Of a stretch of 41,310 nucleotides of DNA, positions 11,443-22,687 are shown piece after piece. The DNA is from Octopus bimaculoides (lineage: Eukaryota). The position numbers and the translations under genes are program-made. Location: positions 153,612,710 to 153,654,019 of the forward strand of contig NC_068983.1 in NCBI RefSeq assembly GCF_001194135.2, written 5' to 3'. The notes under the pieces were generated by a model. It ran no database searches and had not been told where the DNA came from. It saw only the letters and a list, made by a program, of their open reading frames with translations. The stretch's first letter is position 1; each line of letters begins with the position of its first letter.

Positions 11443-11812
11443 TTGCTTCCCAACCACATGGTTCCGGGTTCAGTCTCACTTCGTGGCACCTTGAGTAAGT
11501 GTCCTCTGCTATATTCTCGGGCCGATCAAAACCTTGTGAATGGATTTGGTAGACGGAAACTGAAAGTAGCTCGTCATGTATTTGTGTGCGTGTGTGCATG
11601 CGTGTGTATTTGAGTGTGTATGTGCCTGTCCCTATCATCGCTTGACAGCCGATGTTGGTGTGTTTACGTCCCCGTAACCTAGCGGTTCTGCAAAAGAGAC
11701 CGATAGAATAAGTACTAGGCTTACAAAAAATAAGTCCTGGGATCGATTTGACTAAATGTGGTGCCCTAGCATGGCCGCAGTCAAATGACTAAAACAAGTA
11801 AAAGAATAAAAT
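11443..11812 (+). mobile_element. tRNA-derived SINE (family A), 5'-truncated
   Basis: B-box region ggttccgggttcagtc, body gcaccttgagtaagtgtcc...ggatttggtagacggaaactgaaag, internal (TG)-rich segment, 3' end tcaaatgactaaaacaagtaaaagaataaa. Homologous to 33240-33428 and 33600-34116. Confidence 0.85.
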
Positions 11813-11817
11813 AATAC

Positions 11818-11893
11818 ACATATGTATATGTATCTGTATATAGATATGCATACACATGTATATATGCTTGTATTTATACACATATGTGCGTGC

Positions 11894-11969
<76 letters not shown>

Positions 11970-11970
11970 C
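11818..11970. repeat. (TA)/(TG)n microsatellite
   Basis: Direct reading. Confidence 0.9.
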
Positions 11971-14900
11971 ANNNNNNNNNNAGCATGGCGGAAGTGAGAT
12001 ACGTTCTTGGTCACCACATTTTCACTCTTTAAAGAAAAATTGGAGTGGTTCTTAAATGTAAGTGCTGCGGCAATAACCCTACCATATATGCAGTTGTAAC
12101 AAGGCAAAATGCCCTAAGATTCTCGGTAAAACAATAACAAACGAATTCTTGTTTACAGATTCAAGCTGAAATGCAAAGAAGTTACGCAGATTGCTGTGGA
12201 ATTACAAATATCGTTGCCTTTATGGATTATCGCCATCATTTTAATTGTAAACCCTAGAAATGACATGATATACAACGACATAAATGATATTTTATGATTC
12301 CCTATTAAGATAATCTGTAAAAACATTTTATTCCCGATTTTATTAGTAGTAGAATGTGTACCTATTGCTATGTCACCGACATTCAGCATATATTCAATTT
12401 GAATCAATATGATGTATGATATGCCTTATTACCTTCAATGTAATAAAATCTCGCTTAAGTTTCTGAAGCTGATAAAAACATTCTATCTGATTCTAATATA
12501 AGTACAGGCCTGGGGTTAGCACAGGAGAATAATCAAATGCCTCTGTCCCTCTCCTTGATCGCAACTTTTATTAATACCGAAGTCATGCATAGTAAATTCA
12601 TCTCTTCGTGAATCAAACACAAAGTAATCAGGTGCATAAAATCTGCAGGGCATTTTTCCGAGATGCAAATATATCTGCCAATTCATCCCCTTCACTAATA
12701 AAACTAATTATAATATAAATATCTCACCCAAATACGAAGGCTTGGATATAAACTTCCCATCATAAATTTATAGAAATACAGATAACCAAAATATTGGACT
12801 ATAAAAGAAATTTAATTCGCTTAATTACCACAGATTTTACAATAGAATAAAAGAACGATTACGAAGAAAACAACATATAAATATGAGAATTCACAGAGAT
12901 TCACAACATATAAAAATTGCTCTAGGCATTTTGTATATATTGCATTGAAGGTTGTCAAAATTACAGACAGTCACTTGAAAATAAGACCGACCCCCCAAAC
13001 TAATAATGAAAATAACTCAAACCATGTTAATAAGAACGTTGGTAAATTCTTTACGAATGCGCATGGTTAATCGTTCTGTTGTTGCTAACGTAGATTCGGA
13101 TTTTAGGCCACGTGAAGTGCTGTTACCCCTAAGAACGTTGCGGCTATTTACTCAGATAAAAATGAATACCTGTTCAATGCTGCTGCAGCCCTTTCTGGCT
13201 GTTCTGAAGGTTTATGTGAGTGATAGCCGAGAGTGTTGCTATGCTTGCTCGCAATTACATCGACACTTCAAACAATCAGCGAAAGCATTGTAGAACTCAT
13301 CAGATTATTCATGTTGGCGAGTGATAGTTATGTAATATCTGAATATAACTGTTATTGTAAAAATTATTTGTCGTAATTACATAGGTCTTTTATGTTATCT
13401 AATGCATTCAGTTTTGTTGTTTCCTCATTATACAGTGAAAAAATCCAAGCCTTGTGCATAGATTATGTATAGAGATATATGTTAAATCGACGAGTGAAGT
13501 GCATAATTTCCTGTTTCAATTAAATGGTTTGTTAATTTTGAAATGCAAATAAACTCATACACATTACACTAAATAGGTCATGCTACTTACAAGAAAATCA
13601 AAAATTACTAATCTTACTTTTTAACGACTCTTTTAGTAGATGTCTACTTAGTAAGAGATAGACTTATTGGTTTCCAAACACATGACAACTTTGGTAGAGC
13701 ATAAATATGATCAGATGTCTCTTTACAAAATAAACTTTAGCCGTTCCTTTTCTTATTCCTCAATTTCTTTCTCCTCTGATGTTCTATTTTATTCTTTTTC
13801 TTATATATAAGAGGTATAAGACGCTCTTAATAAATCATGAATTTCGAAAACTCTCACACATCCTTCCAATGATCACATAAAAGCTAGAATATATAATGAT
13901 TCAGAGACAGAGATTGATTAAATACGTAGCTGGATAAATAACACGATGCTTCCTTACTTCAGATGGAAGGGCTTAGATTTGAGGAAGTTATATTTCAATG
14001 TATGGTCTAACTATCACAGTTTAGCTCTTTGACTCGAATACTTATTTGCAGAACTTATATCTGTTCATTAAGTTTGAAAATATTCGTCAAAGTCAATAGA
14101 ATACTAAACAAAGCATTTGGAACTTTGAGAACTAATACTATAAAAAAAACACACAAAACTTTATAAACACTATCAAAACCAAATATTGCAAATATAAGAA
14201 CCATGTATTCATGCATGATCTTGTCGTAAAGTTTAAAATGTACGCATCAGAAAATCGTGAACGAAATTCAAGGTGAGTGAACATCACTATGTATATGGCT
14301 TAAATGGTGTAAATGGCAGAATTGTAACAGAATCAGACAATCGTTACTTACAACTCTTTACATTTCAAATCTCATTAGCACTGCAGTCAGTTTTCTCTTT
14401 CATTTTCCAAGATCGATAAATAAATTAGTACTAATATACTAGATTTATTTAATCGTCTACCCATAGACGAAGTTAGAAATCTATATGCATACTCTCTTAT
14501 CCAGAATAAATTTTATTGTACTAATAATGTTTGGGACTGAATGCTAGAAACTTAAGCGAGGTAAAATAACGCAATTTTAAACTCTATGTACAGAATGGGG
14601 TGCGTTAATGAATTTTGTGAATGGACCTAAGAGGTTTTGTTTCAAGATGTAAGTATACGTTATATCATTTTCTCAAACTAATCAATATACTGGAAGCAAA
14701 GCATCGTACAAGAAAGAGTGAGCAACGAATGTTTCATTAGTTTCCAGTTCTGCATAACGCTAGACGAGTTTGTTTGAAATTTCAGAAATTTTTATTCAAT
14801 AAGAAAATATGAAGACAAGGTTAATTGCGTAGAGAAAGAGAAAAGAAAAAAACCTTTAATAAAAAGGGCATTGCACGCATGCACAATTGTATCAACAGGT

Positions 14901-15239
14901 CTGTTCTCACAAACTGATTCTAATTACAGTGCTAGGAGTCAAGCACAGAGGTATCGGAAGTAACAGAAACTTGCTCGAACAAATGTTCTGACATTTTAAG
15001 TAAGAATATTATTAAGGAGTTCCAAATAGCACACCAAAGAAATCTGAAGCGAAGGAACTTCGTCCAAAAATCAATATAATCAAGAACTGCTAAGACATAT
15101 TTGTCAAATATGATAATGTATTCAGGGTTAATATAAAATGTAAAGGTAATGTTCCAACTGAGAGGGCAAACCAGTTCATTTACAGAATGTGTTTTGCAGC
15201 ATAATTTTGAAATAAGCACAAAGCAGTGAAAATATAAAT

Positions 15240-15350
15240 CATGTGTGTATGTGCATATGTGTGTAGGTGTGTATGTGTATTTGTGTGTAAGTGTGTGTAT
15301 GTGTGTGTGTGTGTGTATGTGTGTGTGTGCGCGCGCGTATACATATACAC
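15240..15350. repeat. Degenerate (TG)n tract
   Basis: Direct reading. Confidence 0.85.
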
Positions 15351-16064
15351 ACCTCTATGCATGTCACGTAGGGATAAAATGGACGCAAATAGGGTTTGAA
15401 ATTGTACAACAAACAGCGTTTGTTGTACAAACACCAAAGGTTTTTCGTTGCCTATTTATGTTATACCTGTTTAAAAGTTTACCTAAAGATGGTTGACTTT
15501 TGCTATGATGTAATCTGTGAGTACATTAATAAAATTGAACGGAGCCAGCTGCAGTAAATTTTAGACTCCATTAGTATATGTGGATATATATATTTTGTAA
15601 GCTTAATGCTTAAATGCGATCCCCATTTATTGACTAAGGTATATAGTTTATTATTTGAGAATATCGGTTTCACAGATCATTTTCTAATTTTCAAAAGTTT
15701 AACTTTTGTAAATTCTCACTACAACCGTGCGCTAATGCCATTTTGCAAAACCCTTTGCGCCGTAATTTAAGGCTGATACGGTTGACTGAATGTGTCTAGT
15801 TCATACATATGTGCATATCTACAAATCATAGCCATTCAACAGCTGGACTACATATAAACAACTCCCGTCCACTTTACCACCTTACAGGTTAATCTGAGAG
15901 AGCCTTGATAGCTTTCGCCTCTGACTAGGTAGAGTGTATGTCATAAATAGTGCACACATTACATCAGTACCTATATACTAGCAGTATAGCTGGCGTTGCC
16001 CGAGATTAAAATAGGATTATTAAGTGATCAAGCGCTTTATTTCAAACCAAAATAAGTGATACCA

Positions 16065-16370
16065 ACATCAAATTTGAGCGAAATCCTTTGAAATTGGTAA
16101 GCGTTTGGCTGAAAATGGGTTGCAGGCAATTTCATCGGGAATTCCCATAAGGAATCGGTTTATCGATTATTTCCATTCATCGATTGTTTTTTTTTGTTTT
16201 TTTTTTCTTTGTTGAGAACTTAAATCATTCAAAGATCCCATGATTCCTAAGTAATGCTGGCATGGAGCTTGAGCAAAATATGTCAAAATTGGTAAAAGTT
16301 ATGGTTGAAAATTGGGTGTACCCAATTTTAGCGGGAAATCCTATAAGGAATCGTTTTATCAATGTTTTAT
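16065..16370. repeat. Two imperfect ~105-bp direct repeats in the Helitron A 3' region
   Basis: ttgagcgaaatcctttgaaattggtaag...cccataaggaatcggtttatc (~16072-16170) versus ttgagcaaaatatgtcaaaattggtaaa...cctataaggaatcgttttatc (~16270-16360). Confidence 0.8.
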
Positions 16371-17850
16371 CCTGATTGCATGGAAAACCCCAAATGTATG
16401 CCTGCCACCGATAGTGTTTGGCTTTGGGATTTGTTGATGGACATGGCGAAGCATGGTCTCACCGGGAACTGCCATCTGCGGAAGTTAAGCGGCATGTCTG
16501 ACCCCGAGGGATAAAGCTGCATACTTGAAATGAAAACATTTTTACCCCTCCCCCACCCTGTAACAATGGTGGCCTCAATCAAGTGGGGCGTTAGGGACTT
16601 GATTACTATACGCGTCCCGTTGTACTATTTAGGCGGAAGCAAGTTTCTGATTAACATAATTGGGCATCCAACCCATAGCCTAAGAATGTGAGGTGGATGC
16701 CCTGCTGACTCCAATGAGTTGAGAAACTCGATAGGATCATTGACAATATCTTGGGGGTCAGAGGTCCGGTTAATCGATTTCTAGATGCGTTCCTCACTCG
16801 GAATTCGACGTTGATAGCACTGACAGCTCAGCTACGTTTTTGAAGGGTCAGGATGGTTCTTTCGCTGAGCCAATTGATGTCTGCATATCTACTTCCCAGG
16901 TTGAGGAACACTGTTTCCAAAAGATCGGAAGGGTTGTCCATGGCGTTGCACAGTTCAGAGATAGATATGTCCCCCCTATCATTCCTAGGGACCTGGCTTT
17001 CTCCAAGGGCTAAAATATCTTCAGCAAATGCTGCAGACGTACTATCACCAAGCAAGTGCGCGCGCATGTTTGGGCTTAGGCCTAAGGTCTTAACCTGGGT
17101 CCACAACGTGGATAACTTAAGGCATGCGCGCACGTCATCAGCCCAGTTCCCTTTAGGGATGACAGGAAGGGTTTGCCGGAAATCTCCTGAAAGCAATAAA
17201 GTTATACCACCCTTAGAAACAGTAGAATCCCGATACCTTTCAGTGACCAGTTCAGTGCTTCAAGGGCACCCTTATTGGTCATTGTGCATTCGTCCCATAC
17301 AATGAGACAGCACTCTCTAAGAACTTTAGCTTCCTCTGAATTGTTGCCAATGTTGCACGTAGGGACCTCGGCCCTCATCAATTCTAAAGGCAGCTTGAAT
17401 ACTAAGTGCACCGTCCTACCTCACGACAATAACGTAGCGATTCCCGAGGAAGCAACGGCTAGCGCAATTTGTTTCTCGCGACGATTCTTAGCAAGTATCA
17501 ATTGTGTTACAAAGGATTTCCCCGTACCTCCAGGATCATCGTGGAAAAAAATGCCGCCCGCCTGTTTTTCAACGGCACTGCCGACAGTTTCGTACATAAG
17601 CCTCTGATCAAGTAGCATTTCGGTTCATTTACTCTCAGGTACTCTGCAAGGCCATCAGTGTCGTACGACAACTCCAGAAGTAACTTTGGTGGGAGTGTGT
17701 TAACGTGCTCAACACTTTGTGTTAATGTGTTCAACACCGCCCCACCCATTTTGAGCAGAGCATCCTCGATTTCAACCAGCGCATTATTGTAGATCAGGTC
17801 ATTGTACCCAATGTCAGCATTAGGGCACTTTTGCTCTGCCAGTCATCATT
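16370..17850 (-). pseudogene. Helitron RepHel PIF1-like helicase fragment (frameshifted)
   Basis: Motifs IYNNALVEIED..MGG; DDPGGTGKSF (Walker A); AVASSGIATLL; LIVWDECTM (Walker B); GDFRQTLPVIP; WLSERTIL; FPVRPCFAMSINKSQSQTL. Confidence 0.92.
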
Positions 17851-17929
17851 TGCCTTGACTACCGAGATAGCAAAATTACGTATAGAGAATTTCATAAACA
17901 AGAATGAATGGGGAAATGGTTGGTAAATT

Positions 17930-18360
17930 TTTAGATTAACACTGGCACGATTTTCACTAAGAAAAAAAATCGGATTTTTTGGGTGGAATCATCTACCCTA
18001 GCCTCCTATTATGCTACAAAACCCTTTTTTGTGGTCCGAAAACGGGGTGGTGTGTGGTGTAAGCCTCGGAAATATCACGCCCACACCCATTGATCTTTTC
18101 ACCATCTATTTTTGAATGTACGTGGAAAAATACGGAGATTATGAATATGGAAAACATTGTTTTTAAATCTCAAATTTACCATGAAAAGCACCGGGCAAAT
18201 GTTTAGATAACACTCGCACGATTTTCACTAAGAATAAAAAAATCTGATTTTTTGCGTGGAATCAACTACCCTGGCCTCGTAATATGCTACAAAACCTTTT
18301 TCTGGTCTAAAAAATGGGATAGGGTGTGGTGGAAGCCTCGGAAATTTTACCCATTGATAT
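17930..18360. repeat. Two imperfect ~165-bp direct repeats (period ~270 bp) in the Helitron A 5' region
   Basis: ttagattaacactggcacgattttcactaagaa...aagcctcggaaat...cccattgat is repeated at ~17932-18095 and ~18203-18360. Confidence 0.85.
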
Positions 18361-19026
18361 TGTGTAATTCACTGAGAAATTTTTACCTACCTCTTTGTTT
18401 CTTGTTAAATAAATAAAACACTATTTTCCTCGGTGTAAAATAAAAACAAAACACTTTCGCGCCCAAAGTAATGTGTGTTTGTGAGAGATGTGGTGGGGGG
18501 AGAGAAAGATGAACGATTTAAAATAAATANNNNNNNNNNNNNNNNNNNNNNNNNNNNNNNNNNNNNNNNNNNNNNNNNNNNNNNNNNNNNNNNNNNNNNN
18601 NNNNNNNNNNNNNNNNNNNNNNNNNNNNNNNNNNNNNNNNNNNNNNNNNNNNNNNNNNNNNNNNNNNNNNNNNNNNNNNNNNNNNNNNNNNNNNNNNNNN
18701 NNNNNNNNNNNNNNNNNNNNNNNNNNNNNNNNNNNNNNNNNNNNNNNNNNNNNNNNNNNNNNNNNNNNNNNNNNNNNNNNNNNNNNNNNNNNNNNNNNNN
18801 NNNNNNNNNNNNNNNNNNNNNNNNNNNNNNNNNNNNNNNNNNNNNNNNNNNNNNNNNNNNNNNNNNNNNNNNNNNNNNNNNNNNNNNNNNNNNNNNNNNN
18901 NNNNNNNNNNNNNNNNNNNNNNNNNNNNNNNNNNNNNNNNNNNNNNNNNNNNNNNNNNNNNNNNNNNNNNNNNNNNNNNNNNNNNNNNNNNNNNNNNNNN
19001 NNNNNNNNNNNNNNNNNNNNNNNNNN

Positions 19027-19058
<32 letters not shown>

Positions 19059-19268
19059 TGCGTGAGTTGTGTCAATATGCATATTTATCTGCGCGCGTCT
19101 GCAAAAAGGGGACCGCTGGAAATTTCATAGCAATGCCAACACAAGAATAATGGTTCTATGAGTTTATTTAAGATGTTAGAGTTGGTTACTAAATCACCCT
19201 TAGAAAAATACTTCCATAATATAATTCTATATTTCTGAGATTATGAATTTATATTATGTGTCTATTTC

Positions 19269-19409
19269 AGTCGGACTAATGTCCCCGCCTTCATTACTGA
19301 TTTCACTATCCTTCGGCTGTTGTACGCTCCAATCTTCCGAGAAGGCTGGAGCGTACAAAAGCCGAAATGTATTGAAAGCAACAATCAAAGCAAGGACGCC
19401 AGTCCAACT
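19269..19409. mobile_element. Foldback hairpin, possibly a Penelope-like terminal-repeat inversion
   Basis: 19269-19337 versus the reverse complement of 19341-19409: ungapped, 51/69 identity, 3-nt loop. The right arm reads gaga-aggct-ggagcgtacaaa-agcc-gaaa-tg. The hairpin is certain; the Penelope origin is inferred. Confidence 0.6.
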
Positions 19410-21434
19410 AATATAAATTGTATACACAATACCTCCGTATAAGACCCTAAAAAGAAAATATAAATAAAATTGTTTCTACCAACATAAAATCGATTTGTAA
19501 AGCATTTTTTGTTCCTTACAAATTATTGATTTACTTAACAAATATAAATTCCTTGTAATACAAACAGCAATATGACGACTACGTTGAAGTGATATATTGC
19601 ACTTTGCAACACCGGAAGTTACACTCCACCTACTTAGCCATCTTCGATGAGTGTCTGTCGAATGTAAAGTTTTTGATGGTAAGTCGAATGAATGTCCATT
19701 TGTAAATCATTGCAATTTATCATAAAGTTTTAGGAATAATTCAACACAGAAAATGGGTGGAAATACGAGTGCGAACGCAGATCAATGATGGCTATAGCTA
19801 AATATTTAGTCTCTCTTGAGGTATGGCTTTCTCAGAGTTAAGAAAAAGTGTAAGAAACGCGAGCAAATGTTCCTTTTCATTTCCCTATAATCTGTTGAAA
19901 GTATTCACCAATTATTCCTCCAATTAAATCATGCACCGAGAAAGAGCACATGGAATATTGCATTTTACCCTATATTCAACCCAATAGGATGGTTCTTTGT
20001 GCAATCTCTGTGAGCATAAATCTGATTACTCAAAACTACGGAAAACATTTTGAGCACATGTCAAAGTCTTCGCTTGGAAATAAATATTAGGACTAGTGTA
20101 GAAGATGCACTCAGCGGTCAATATCAATTTCACTTTTTGATTGGCAGCATTAATAAATAATGCGTGCAATTACACAACTATCAAGTGAAGAAAGTGCTAT
20201 AAAAATATGTAACCCATTTAACAACATTTTAATACAGAAGATAAAGTTTCTGCCATGGATTTCTTACATCCACGGAAACCAAGACGACAGGAGCAAATGC
20301 ACTATGATTCTGATTTTCTCTGGTGAAATGATTAATTAATGCTATGGCTGAAGTAAAAATTAGGAGTAAAATTGCATAGTATGCATTTATTGCATACTGA
20401 GATGTTACCAAGAGAAATTACCTCTAATGTAAATTTTATCTAACGGCAGTTCCATTACATCATTAAGAACGAATTCAGTCTGGATCATCGAAGAGAAATG
20501 AATAGAAAGCTTACAACAAAGAAACCACATATCACTATGAGAGAAGACACACACGAGAGCGCGCGTCCACACATCAGATACGTATATACATATTACACAC
20601 ACACACAAACACAAGCACAGATACAATTTATAAAATTCGTTTCCTGCGCATATCTCTCTATTGTATCCATTTGTATCCACTGCCGTGGGCGTTCATGAAG
20701 CATTTGGAGGCAGATCGACGACGGTTCTTCAGATAAACACTTCTTAGGTCATACTTACGCAGAACGAATGTCTATGTTAACATCATCTGATCAAGTGTTC
20801 GATTGAACTACTATTGTGTATCTGCATACAATTTAAACATCTACAGTAGAAAATGCAATAGACACAGTAGCTAAACGTCTGTAGGCAACAAATGGCATAA
20901 ACTGCACCTTTTGTCAATCATAGTTTTTCCTATGTTTAGTGTGTATTTCATAATCTCTGGTGAAGAAAAATTTGACTAAATTTGAGCTGACCAAAACGCA
21001 GCATGCACAGGTAAGACGTACTTTGAGAAAGGGAATTAACTCTTGAGGTTAACAGTTGGAAATTGAACCGTCATCTACTGTGAAAATCTGACAACATACG
21101 TCACCTGGAATCGTACTGCAATTTTTGAAATTAAGATGTATCTAACATATATTTGCGACCTGATTATGTTAACAACAACTATAGTAGTATAAGGAAAAAT
21201 CTGTCGAAGTAGCCATCGTTTGAAAATGCGCATGAAATAGAATAAAATTATTATATAACTAAAAGCTATATAAACCCTATAGTTGTTCTGAATTAAATCT
21301 CCCTTGCAGGTCAATTGCTTGTCTTCAGAACTCTCAGAAAGCATATGGAAGTAATAGAGTTTATCGGGATAATGGAGATTATTTGAGACATCTATTATCT
21401 CTTCAAATGAAGCGATTATAATCATAGACATATG

Positions 21435-21585
21435 TTTGTGTGTGCGCGCACGCTTCTGTACATGTGTGTGCGCGCATGCGTATGTACGTGTGTGTATGCG
21501 TTCGCGCGTACGTGTGTGCGCGCGTGTACGTGTGTGTGCCTGTGCGTTTATTCATGTGTGCGCGTATGTGTATGTGTCTCACGTG
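21435..21585. repeat. Alternating purine-pyrimidine (TG/CG/TA) tract
   Basis: Direct reading. Confidence 0.85.
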
Positions 21586-21700
21586 TTTATACTAACTAAA
21601 TACAGCCTCTTCATGCAAAGTGTTAAAGAAAATAAAAACCAAATGTATCCTTGACTGTTTGCCCGGCTTCCACAGAGACTCCAGAATATTTATTCCTTAC

Positions 21701-21727
21701 CTGAAATACAATGGCTATTGCTTTCAT
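21701..21727 (-). CDS. Candidate first coding exon, MKAIAIVFQ
   Basis: Minus strand: caacaacATGAAAGCAATAGCCATTGTATTTCAG|GTAAGG, with an A at -3, a consensus donor and an upstream in-frame stop. No matching downstream exon was identified. Confidence 0.2.
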
Positions 21728-22116
21728 GTTGTTGTGACCGTTGTTTTTATTGTTGTTGTCTACTCGGCTAGTTTGAGTGTTTCGCTATATATTTTTGGAT
21801 GTTGCTTAATCTCAGTTGCAAATCTTCTGTTTTTTCTTGGAGTCGGACCGCTAGTATCACTGGTCTAACCATCTTTCCGTTTTGTTGGTGCATTCATGAA
21901 TTCATAGGTGGCGATTGATTTTTATCTTTCACCCACGCTTAGATTCTATTAACTCTTGTAATTGAAAGTAATTAAGGACTCCAGAAAAGTATACAGATGT
22001 AACCAGCATTTAAACAATGAGCCAAATTCCAGCCTTATTCTTCTGGTTAGTTGAAATGTATCCTCTCCCTTCTCTATTGCTCTTTTACCATTCTTTTCAT
22101 GCTCCACTATATGAAG

Positions 22117-22124
22117 TGACGTCA
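22117..22124. promoter_or_regulatory. Perfect CRE palindrome TGACGTCA
   Basis: Exact motif about 400 bp upstream of the candidate exon on the minus strand; function unproven. Confidence 0.25.
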
Positions 22125-22548
22125 TCTTAGTTTACAGAGTAACCTCAGTTACAAGCAAACTCCTATTGTTGTTTTAATGGCAATAATTTTGTCACTTCCA
22201 GAGGAGACATCACCGACGACGTTCTTTGCTCTGGTTTCTCTATTTCTCCCTCTAATATTTTCTATTTATTTCGATATTTTCTCACATTCCTCTTTATCAA
22301 ATGTTATTATTCATTGACAAGTGTCGTTTCTTTTCCGCAAATATGACATTTTGACAATGACATATTTTAAACTAGTGTTTCGCTTGGTGAAGGAACTGTG
22401 GAAAAAAGATCACAATGAAAGGCAATGCATTACGTTTTCTAAAGGATTATCAATACAAATCAACGAAAACTGACACGTCTCCAGGAAAATCATAATTCTT
22501 TTTTAAAGTTAAGGCACCTACTTGGAATGCCGCCACCACACCGGAGTT

Positions 22549-22549
22549 C

Positions 22550-22580
<31 letters not shown>

Positions 22581-22687
22581 GTGGTAATAGTAATGACTTC
22601 AAATTTTGGCAAAGGGCAAGCAGATTTTGAGGTGCGGGGGAAGTCGATCACGTGCATCTCAGTACTCGACTAATACTTGTTTTATCA
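22549..22687 (-). mobile_element. tRNA-derived SINE (family B) 3' part with (GTT)n tail, running into gap
   Basis: ttcaaattttggcaaagggc...aagtcgatcac...atacttgttttatc is homologous to 25225-25315; (AAC)n at 22549-22580. Confidence 0.75.

Larger units (their letters stand above)
15978..18520 (-). mobile_element. Helitron remnant A (non-autonomous, retains helicase fragments)
   Basis: The minus-strand 3' end reads ctcgggcaacgccagc-tatactg-CTAG|t (degenerate hairpin plus CTAG at 15981-15978). Helicase fragments lie at 16370-17850. Non-coding repeated segments flank both sides. The 5' end is not seen and may lie in the gap at 18530. Confidence 0.85.

Noticed and set aside
12159-12260. Tetraspanin-like CCG exon after a strong acceptor (IQAEMQRSYADCCGITN...)
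   Set aside because: No convincing donor or neighbouring exons, and the similarity is limited to CCG.
13006-13293. 95-aa ORF or exon candidate
   Set aside because: No recognisable domain, and splice sites are inconsistent between candidate frames.
20268-20325. Minus-strand 52-nt exon ENQNHSAFAPVVLVSVD resembling the ENPP LVSxDG motif
   Set aside because: Phase is incompatible with the 21701 donor, no downstream GFR exon was found, and it is too short to support.
21075-21431. 118-aa hydrophobic minus-strand ORF as a receptor fragment
   Set aside because: The I/Y/F-rich composition is what AT-rich non-coding DNA yields, and there is no family motif.
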